64,000 nucleotides of DNA from Spirosoma sp. (GTDB taxonomy: Bacteria; Bacteroidota; Bacteroidia; Cytophagales; Spirosomataceae). Location: NCBI RefSeq assembly GCF_026391055.1, contig NZ_JAPLET010000022.1:647648-711647 (forward strand), in the 5' to 3' direction. Below are positions 28,950-36,024 of this stretch, in pieces (positions within the stretch are counted from its first letter, which is position 1; each line of letters opens with the position of its first letter). The notes below the pieces were generated by a model. That model saw nothing but the letters and a program-made list of their open reading frames with translations. It searched no databases and was not told the origin of the DNA. Position numbers and translations under genes: made by a program.

Positions 28950-30317
28950 TTAGAAAGAATATACTGTTGTAAGCAGCAAACGAGTGTTTGTTATTTGCTC
29001 AGCAGCAGTAACCCTGGCATCTGTTGACGACGTGCCGTAGCCAGCCGTTGTTAGCTCCAGCTCGGTCCCGATGCGAAACCGGCCCGAAACGACTTCCAGT
29101 CGGGGTGCTATCCGAAACAGGTTATCGATACCACCCCGTCCGCCAATCCCAATGCCGCGTCCGTACGCAGCCACCGCATTGGGATCGTTTCCGGTATTCT
29201 TACTATATCCGACAAAAATGGCCGGAATAATGGTTTTGCCATTGCCCATCAGCTCAGCCCATATTGACGTAATACCCGTTGGCTTATAAGCTGTTTCGAG
29301 GGCGGGCGTAGTGCCTGCCGCAGGTGTACCATAGGCCAGAAAGCCACCCAGCATGACATGATCCGTCATATTCGAGCCTTTGAGCGCTTCGATCTTTAGC
29401 GTAGTAGCTCGTCCAATTACTTTCAAATACGCCATAACAGCCGAACTACCTACAGTAGCCTTGCTAACTAGTAGAGACGTACCACTGCCGGTCGAAAGTC
29501 GTGGCCGAATCACTTTGTAATCGAATGCCAGACCAGCCACCACCCGATCTCTCTTTAATTGTAGCTGGGCATGTAAATTAGGTACCGCCGAATTCCGAAT
29601 ATACTCAGACGAACCTCCGTTTAGGCCAATACTGGTAAAATCACGTTGAGCAATCAAGGCCAAAATAAGGCTGATATCTTTACTTAGATGTTCGGTAAGG
29701 CGAATCTGCGGACTCCGGTTAAACGGCTGAAAAGGAATGCCCGTATTAAAGTTGACCACTCCGGGAAATACCTCGGGCACAAACAATGGGTGCCAGAACT
29801 GCCCGAACGCCAACTGTCGTTTCGGCCAGTCCAGCTTGGCCCAGGCGTGCCGCAGCCGAACACCGCCCACGGCAGCATCTGAGGGGCCAAACCATTCCAT
29901 TTCCAGCAACCCCGAGGTTTTAGCGCCAAACGCATCGGGGCCGGTAAACACCGCACCCAGCCGACTATTGATGGCCAGCATGTTAAAATTTGTGACCGCA
30001 TTCACATCCAAACCATTCACGTCGACTTGCTTATCCCGTGGGTATAAATCCACCGAGGCTTCACGCAGGTTGACCGTTTGGCGGGAATCGAACGAAAAAT
30101 CGTTTCGTACAAAGCCGGTAAATTTCAGGGTGACTGCCGACGTTTCGGCGGGTTTGTTGGTACCGACTGCCTGTCCGGCATTTGAGGGTGGTATGGAGTT
30201 CAGCGTTGTTACGGGCGTAGCGACAGTCGACACCTGAGGAGCCGTCGACTGCGGCCAGGCCGCTCCCGACAAGAGCAGTCCAAGGCTTGCAAGCGTGAAC
30301 GAATAAGACAGTTTCAT
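28950..30317 (-). CDS. Outer-membrane porin-like beta-barrel protein
   Basis: About 455 aa counted from MKLSYSFTLASLGLLLSGAAW. Low-complexity Thr/Pro/Ser N-region followed by amphipathic strands. C-terminal 'LLLTTVYSF'. Confidence 0.62.
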   Translation of the reverse strand: MKLSYSFTLASLGLLLSGAAWPQSTAPQVSTVATPVTTLNSIPPSNAGQAVGTNKPAETSAVTLKFTGFVRNDFSFDSRQTVNLREASVDLYPRDKQVDVNGLDVNAVTNFNMLAINSRLGAVFTGPDAFGAKTSGLLEMEWFGPSDAAVGGVRLRHAWAKLDWPKRQLAFGQFWHPLFVPEVFPGVVNFNTGIPFQPFNRSPQIRLTEHLSKDISLILALIAQRDFTSIGLNGGSSEYIRNSAVPNLHAQLQLKRDRVVAGLAFDYKVIRPRLSTGSGTSLLVSKATVGSSAVMAYLKVIGRATTLKIEALKGSNMTDHVMLGGFLAYGTPAAGTTPALETAYKPTGITSIWAELMGNGKTIIPAIFVGYSKNTGNDPNAVAAYGRGIGIGGRGGIDNLFRIAPRLEVVSGRFRIGTELELTTAGYGTSSTDARVTAAEQITNTRLLLTTVYSF

Positions 30318-30514
30318 GAAGCTTAGGTAGGGTTTTGAGAAGTCATTTGATGCTTCAAAACACCCACATAGCGCGTTAACTGTCAACTGATTGACATAGA
30401 TACGCTAAAATCCTATAGATATCTTTAGTTGGGAAGGAGTTTACTAATCAGAATCTTTTCTCTATTTATGTTTTATAGGCAGTATTTTTTGCTCTATTAT
30501 GCGTAAACGGGCAC

Positions 30515-30934
30515 TTATTCCTTAAAGCGCTCCCACTTGATAAGCATAAATTTGTCACCCAGTTCGGTTACGATCATCCCTGCCCCTTCCGTGTTTTTTC
30601 GATCTGAATAAAAATCTACTAACTCTCTGTGGTTAAGTATTTTATATGTCGGATGATACGTATTATTCTCGGGGATTTTAATCTGGTACTTCTTGACCCA
30701 ATTCATAACGGACACATGGCTGATACCAAGTAATCGTTCGATTTCGCGAAAGCTAACCCCCTCAATATAAAGCTGTAAGGCTTTGATGACGTAGTAAGTG
30801 CTAATCCCTTTACCAACTTTACCAACGGTAAAATTATAGTTACATTTCTTACACCTAAAACGCTGACGCTGATTAACAATACCGTTTCTGACTGCGTCTA
30901 CTGCATTACATTTCGGACATTTTAACGTAGCCAT
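30515..30934 (-). CDS. IS1 InsA-like zinc-ribbon + HTH protein (orphan; no InsB/DDE partner)
   Basis: 139-aa ORF. 'CPKCN...(17 aa)...CKKCN' Zn ribbon, then HTH 'VSFREIERLLGISHVSVMNWVKKY'. Same layout as IS1 InsA. Confidence 0.72.
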   Translation of the reverse strand: MATLKCPKCNAVDAVRNGIVNQRQRFRCKKCNYNFTVGKVGKGISTYYVIKALQLYIEGVSFREIERLLGISHVSVMNWVKKYQIKIPENNTYHPTYKILNHRELVDFYSDRKNTEGAGMIVTELGDKFMLIKWERFKE

Positions 30935-31274
30935 CTTACTCTAAAAATCATCTATATACTATTAGCAAATATATAGCAAATTAGCAGAATGAGTCATTTT
31001 TTTCTAGAAAAAGTTAAATTTAGAAATAGGTTATACTCACACTAAGCGCAAATTGTTGTTTAAGGCCGAAGCTGAATTATGTGTTTGGTTGTACCTACTG
31101 GTTGAAACCCGTATATGACAACAGGCCGAATCACCGGCTAAAGCCCGTGGTGAAAACCAGGCACCCAATTCAGGGAACTCGACCATATAACTTCAGCTTA
31201 TCGACCATAACTACAAGTTGGGTAACAAGCGAACTAATGAAGGGGTTAAATCCATTATACTTGCAAGGAAATCG

Positions 31275-31302
31275 ACGCCGGGGCTTACCGGCGTTTCGTT
31301 TT
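31275..31302 (+). terminator. Terminator-like hairpin in the leader of the sulfite reductase gene
   Basis: ACGCCGG-ggctta-CCGGCGT followed by TTCGTTTT, 43 nt upstream of the ATG at 31345. Confidence 0.45.
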
Positions 31303-31344
31303 AATAGATTAGTTGATTAAATCTATAGACTATATACCTTACCT

Positions 31345-33507
31345 ATGTCTATCCTATTGACCGACAACGTTAGTCCGGCAGCCAGACGCGATATTCTGGA
31401 CCTTGAGCAGAAGATTAGTTCGTTCCGTTCGGGCGAAATAGCCGACGAAGCCTTCCGTAAATTCCGCCTGACACGCGGTGTATACGGTCAGCGGCAACCG
31501 GGTGTGCAGATGATTCGCATCAAACTGCCCCACGGCCGTATCTCAGCCAGCCAGCTTGTGCGTATTGCCGATCTGTCGGATAAATACGCAACTGGCAATC
31601 TCCATGCTACTACCCGGCAGGATATTCAACTGCACTTTGTAAAACTGGCCGATTCTCCTCAACTCTGGGCTGAACTGGAAGATGCCGGTATTACCCTGAA
31701 AGAAGCCTGCGGAAACACCGTTCGTAACGTGACGGGATCGGCCCGCGCCGGTATCGACCCGCTAGAGCCTTTCGATATTACGCCTTACGCCTATTATGTT
31801 TTCGATTATTTCCTGCGTAACCCAATCTGCCAGGATATGGGGCGTAAGTTCAAAATTTCGCTTTCATCGAGCGAGAAAGATTCAGCTTACGGCTACATGC
31901 ACGATGTGGGTCTCATAGCTCGCATTCAGGATGGCAAACGAGGCTTTAAGGTAATGCTGGGTGGCGGCCTTGGCGCACAGCCTTTCTCCGCACAAACGGC
32001 GTTTGAATTTCTGGAAGAAGACCGGATTATTCCGTTCATCGAAGGTGTAATTCGGGTATTTGATCGGTACGGCGAACGCCAGAAGCGTCACAAAGCCCGC
32101 ATGAAATACCTTCTCAATGACATTGGTCTGGAGGAGTTGCTACGCCGAATAGAGGAAGAAACACCTGCCCTGAAAAATAAACTTTTCTCGGTCGATAGTG
32201 CGCCTTTTTCGGTGAGTGAACAGTATGTCGACCGCCCCGAAGTAAGCGGTTATATACTCGAAACCGAGAATCAGAAGCTAAATAACTGGTTCAAAACAAA
32301 CGTTTTCGAGCAGAAACAAGCCGGTTGGTATGCCGTTCAACTACGGGTATTACTGGGCGATATGCACTCCGATACCGCCCGGGCATTGGCGCAGATCGTT
32401 AAACAGTATGCCGCCGACGACATCCGGGTAACGGTTAACCAGGGCTATTTACTGCGGTTTATTCGGCCGGAAAACCTGCCCGCTATGTTCGAAGCGCTCG
32501 ACGCTCTTGGCTTGGCAGAACCCGGTTTCGATACCACGGCCGACATCACAACCTGCCCCGGTACCGATACCTGTAATCTGGCTATTTCAAGCAGCTACGG
32601 TATTACCCGGGCTCTGGAACGGATGATGCACGACGAATTCCCGGATCTGGTGTTTAATGATGATATCAAGATCAAGATTTCGGGCTGCATGAATGGTTGC
32701 GGTCAGCACTCGGTTGCGAACATCGGCTACCACGGCTCTTCGTTAAAAAACGGTGCTTACGTATTGCCTGCTCTGCAAGTGCTGCTGGGTGGTGGTTTTA
32801 ACGGCAAAGGCGAAGGATTGATTGCCGACAAAGTCATAAAAATTCCGGCAAAACGTGGTCCGGAATCGCTACGGTCCCTCCTGCGCGATTTTGAAGCCAA
32901 CGCTTTCGACGGAGAGTATTACAGCGATTATTACGCCCGGCAGGGAAAAAATTACTTTTATCAGTTACTCAAACCCATCGCGGATTTGAAAACGCTGGTA
33001 GATAGCGACTACATCGACTGGGACCATACCGAGCAGTACGTAACGGAAGTGGGTATCGGCGAATGCGCCAGCGTACTCATCGACCTGGTAGCTACAACCC
33101 TGACCGAGGCCAGTGAAAAGCTGGGCTGGGCACAGGAAGCGCTTGCGGAAAACCGGTGGGCCGACGCGCTCTATCATGCTTACAATGTATTCATCACTGG
33201 GGCACGGGCCGCGCTGATGAGCCGCGATATTCCAACCAATACGCAGCACGGTATCGTCAGCGATTTCGATAAAACGTTTGCTGGCGGACCGTCGCACGGA
33301 AATGGAGTGGGTTTCCACGATGCAGAAGGTGACTTCAAATCGCTGGTATTCAGCATTAATAAACAGGAGCCTTCCGAAGAATTTGCCCGTCATTTTATCG
33401 CCCAGGCAGAAACATTCCTACAGGCCGTTCAGGCGTACCGCAATCAGCAGATTGAACAGGAAGGCGCTCCTGAATTGCAGGAATTGACTCAGGCACAGGA
33501 TAGTTAA
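31345..33507 (+). CDS. Sulfite/nitrite reductase hemoprotein (siroheme-[4Fe-4S]) with ~165-aa C-terminal helical extension
   Basis: 720-aa ORF. Cluster-binding Cys motifs 'TTCPGTDTCNLA' and 'SGCMNGCGQH'. Duplicated NiR/SiR ferredoxin-like halves. Confidence 0.9.
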   Translation: MSILLTDNVSPAARRDILDLEQKISSFRSGEIADEAFRKFRLTRGVYGQRQPGVQMIRIKLPHGRISASQLVRIADLSDKYATGNLHATTRQDIQLHFVKLADSPQLWAELEDAGITLKEACGNTVRNVTGSARAGIDPLEPFDITPYAYYVFDYFLRNPICQDMGRKFKISLSSSEKDSAYGYMHDVGLIARIQDGKRGFKVMLGGGLGAQPFSAQTAFEFLEEDRIIPFIEGVIRVFDRYGERQKRHKARMKYLLNDIGLEELLRRIEEETPALKNKLFSVDSAPFSVSEQYVDRPEVSGYILETENQKLNNWFKTNVFEQKQAGWYAVQLRVLLGDMHSDTARALAQIVKQYAADDIRVTVNQGYLLRFIRPENLPAMFEALDALGLAEPGFDTTADITTCPGTDTCNLAISSSYGITRALERMMHDEFPDLVFNDDIKIKISGCMNGCGQHSVANIGYHGSSLKNGAYVLPALQVLLGGGFNGKGEGLIADKVIKIPAKRGPESLRSLLRDFEANAFDGEYYSDYYARQGKNYFYQLLKPIADLKTLVDSDYIDWDHTEQYVTEVGIGECASVLIDLVATTLTEASEKLGWAQEALAENRWADALYHAYNVFITGARAALMSRDIPTNTQHGIVSDFDKTFAGGPSHGNGVGFHDAEGDFKSLVFSINKQEPSEEFARHFIAQAETFLQAVQAYRNQQIEQEGAPELQELTQAQDS

Positions 33508-33594
33508 TTTAAAAGCGAAAGAGCGGAAGCATAAAAGAGGGCCTGTCGCATTCTCTCACGCTCTTTCGCTCTTTCATCCTTTCCCTCTTTAATT

Positions 33595-34341
33595 ATGAAA
33601 CTCACTCTCGTCGGAGCCGGACCAGGTGATCCGGACCTGATAACGGTAAAGGGAATTAGGGCATTGCAGCAGGCCGATGTAGTCATGTATGATGCCCTGG
33701 TCCATTCCGATTTGCTGGATTACTGCCGCCCCGATGCCCTTAAAGTATACGTGGGAAAACGGCGGGGGGCTTACTCCTGCATGCAGGAGGATATCAACCC
33801 GCTTATCGTCCATTATGCTCAGCAATATGGGCATGTGGTGCGTTTAAAAGGAGGTGACTCATTTGTATTTGGCCGTGGGTTTGAAGAAGTAGAATTTGCC
33901 CGTCAGCATGGCATCGAGACACAAGTGATACCAGGCTTGTCGAGTAGTTATTCGGTACCGGCCTCAGCCAATATACCGCTTACCACGCGGGGGGTGTCAG
34001 AAAGCTTTTGGGTGGTTACGGGCACCACGAAAGCTGGACAGCTTTCCAATGACCTTAATCTGGCTGCCCAGTCGACAGCTACTGTTGTTATCTTAATGGG
34101 TATGCACAAACTGGCGGATATAATGGCTGTTTTTGCACAACATGGCAAAAGCGATACCCCGGTCGCCATTATCCAGAACGGAACCCTCCCCAACCAGCAA
34201 ATGGTTGTTGGTCGTGTGCAGGATATTATTGAAAAAGTAAAAGAATCGGGCGTAGGCAACCCGGCCATTATCGTCGTCGGTGAAGTAGCCGGACTTAAAC
34301 TAACTGAGGTTCAGGCTATTGCAGTATCAAATCAGGCATAA
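33595..34341 (+). CDS. cobA: Uroporphyrinogen-III C-methyltransferase (SUMT, siroheme branch)
   Basis: 248-aa ORF. 'LVGAGPGDPDLITVKG', 'VVRLKGGDSFVFGRG', 'VIPGLSS'. Confidence 0.9.
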   Translation: MKLTLVGAGPGDPDLITVKGIRALQQADVVMYDALVHSDLLDYCRPDALKVYVGKRRGAYSCMQEDINPLIVHYAQQYGHVVRLKGGDSFVFGRGFEEVEFARQHGIETQVIPGLSSSYSVPASANIPLTTRGVSESFWVVTGTTKAGQLSNDLNLAAQSTATVVILMGMHKLADIMAVFAQHGKSDTPVAIIQNGTLPNQQMVVGRVQDIIEKVKESGVGNPAIIVVGEVAGLKLTEVQAIAVSNQA

Positions 34342-34352
34342 AATTTTCTTCA

Positions 34353-35123
34353 TCATTTTTCTAATCCCCATAAAATGGCGTTGCCAACCATTTTTGTGAA
34401 GGCTTCAACGTTTAGTAAGCCTGCTGAGTGGCCCATTAAAAAATAGACATTCTTTGCCTTCTTTTTTTCATTACTCCATATTACCGGATGATCGCCCATT
34501 TTGATATCCGATGTCGGCTGGTAACTATTCTCATCAACATGGGCCAATACGCTTACATTGACGCGTGGATTCCTGTCAAATGTGTACCATTCATCATCAG
34601 GTATGACGAACTGATTGGGTAAGTCCTTCATTACCGGATGGGTTGCGGCTTCCGTCTTTACAGTGGCCGTGGCTTTTTTAGCGATATAGTTCTTGAAGCG
34701 AATGCCTCCCATAAACTCTGAAAACCAGTTCCACATCGGAAAGCCGTCAAATTCGCCCAATAAGGTGGCATGATGAAAGCCAATCCAAGAACCCTGCCCT
34801 TCATCTATGTATTTCTCAAAAGCCGTCCTTGTTTTGTGTGTCCAGTTGTAGGGTGGATAATTTAACTGAATAAAAAGCGAGTAATCGCTTAGTAGTTCAT
34901 TGTCTACTTCTCCGGGATGGTTGATTACTTTAATTTCCAGATTATGCTTTTGGGCAAAGCTATCCAGCCATGGTAAAGCAGCCGCTACAAAACCCTCGTG
35001 CAGTCCACCTCGCTCAGTAAGAACCAATACTTTTCGTTTAGCCAGGGATTGGGGCTGTGAATAAGCATGTACCTGCCCAAGAAGCAGACTGATTAGTAAA
35101 CAAACGAGCAGATGCTTTTTCAT
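34353..35123 (-). CDS. Exported ThuA-like (GATase1-like fold) protein
   Basis: About 256 aa counted from MKKHLLVCLLISLLLGQVHA (the ORF-track start at 35270 overlaps the upstream gene). 'WIGFHHA', 'DEWYTF', 'HPVIW'. Confidence 0.72.
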   Translation of the reverse strand: MKKHLLVCLLISLLLGQVHAYSQPQSLAKRKVLVLTERGGLHEGFVAAALPWLDSFAQKHNLEIKVINHPGEVDNELLSDYSLFIQLNYPPYNWTHKTRTAFEKYIDEGQGSWIGFHHATLLGEFDGFPMWNWFSEFMGGIRFKNYIAKKATATVKTEAATHPVMKDLPNQFVIPDDEWYTFDRNPRVNVSVLAHVDENSYQPTSDIKMGDHPVIWSNEKKKAKNVYFLMGHSAGLLNVEAFTKMVGNAILWGLEK

Positions 35124-35166
35124 ATTGGCAGTTTCTTTAAGTAACTCCAGGAGCTGTAAAGATGGC

Positions 35167-35985
35167 TTATTTGGTGAAAGGATTCCCTTGCTTATCGTTG
35201 CTAAGCACCCACTTGAGTGCATTGATGATAAGTAGCTTCTGCGTGGCATCGGAGTAGATCTCATCACCATGGCCCATGTTCAGATAAATCATCCGGTATT
35301 GCCGATTGGTCCACACTACCGGAAAATCGCCAAAGTTTATAACATCTTTAATACCTAGCGGATAATTGTCGGCAGAAAGAGAGAGAAGGATGTCAATATT
35401 CTTGTTCAAACGCGGACTCGGATTCCATTGATACCATTCACTTGCCGGAGCGGTCCAGGTTAGGGGCAGGTTTTTGGTAATCGGGTGGTTCGGCTGATCT
35501 ACCTTAATTTTGGCAGGCTGTGGCGGCCAGTTGTTACAATAAAAAACACCACCCCCTAAAAAGTTTACAAACCAGGGCCAATGGGTATCTTTGTCATTGT
35601 AGCCTGACTCGTGAAAGCCCATCCAGCCACCGCCCTTCTCCATATATTGCTCAAACACAGCCCGTTCTTCTTTTTTGGTTGGATACCCATCGGGCATTAT
35701 CACGATCTGGTAGTCCTTCAGCTTTTCGTAACTGTAATTGCCAAAATTCTGGGTGGTATCTAACAGAAAACCATCTCCTACGGTTAGCTTTTGCAGGTAG
35801 TCAATGGTTTGATGGGCAAAGATTACGTGGGCACCTTCTTTTCGATCACTAAAATAAATCAGTGCTTTGAAACGAGGTGCTTTGGCATAATTGGCCGAAT
35901 AATTCGCCGGCACTTGTGCCGTCAGCTGAAGCTTAAGCAAAAGCAGTAAAGCGAACGTACTGATACTGTTTCTACACGTAATCAT
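35167..35985 (-). CDS. Exported ThuA-like protein (paralog)
   Basis: 272-aa ORF with a signal peptide. 'WMGFHESG', 'SEWYQW', 'FPVVWTN' parallel the motifs of the neighbouring ThuA-like gene. Confidence 0.7.
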   Translation of the reverse strand: MITCRNSISTFALLLLLKLQLTAQVPANYSANYAKAPRFKALIYFSDRKEGAHVIFAHQTIDYLQKLTVGDGFLLDTTQNFGNYSYEKLKDYQIVIMPDGYPTKKEERAVFEQYMEKGGGWMGFHESGYNDKDTHWPWFVNFLGGGVFYCNNWPPQPAKIKVDQPNHPITKNLPLTWTAPASEWYQWNPSPRLNKNIDILLSLSADNYPLGIKDVINFGDFPVVWTNRQYRMIYLNMGHGDEIYSDATQKLLIINALKWVLSNDKQGNPFTK

Positions 35986-36024
35986 AAAGGGTTTTCTAAA
36001 TATTAAAAACTTGTTTTGACGGTG

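Noticed and set aside
30515-30934. Active IS1-family insertion sequence
   Set aside because: Only an InsA-like frame is present. There is no InsB/DDE ORF, no slippery frameshift site and no terminal inverted repeats in the flanks.
31099-31161. Known riboswitch class (SAM-I, SAM-II or cobalamin) upstream of sulfite reductase
   Set aside because: The motifs resemble 'GAAACCC' and 'GGTGAAAA' fragments only superficially. The conserved cores (e.g. the SAM-I AGAGGG / GGUGC elements, the B12 box) are not present. I keep it only as an unclassified structured leader.
31081-31320. 79-aa ORF in the insA-like / sulfite reductase intergenic region
   Set aside because: Its apparent 'LKPV' repeats simply reflect the repeated GGNTAAANCCCGT DNA motifs. 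It also runs through a terminator-like hairpin. I treat the region as a non-coding leader.
33007-33507. HEPN RNase toxin domain fused to sulfite reductase
   Set aside because: No Rx4-6H catalytic motif is present. At most this is a non-catalytic HEPN-like helical bundle.
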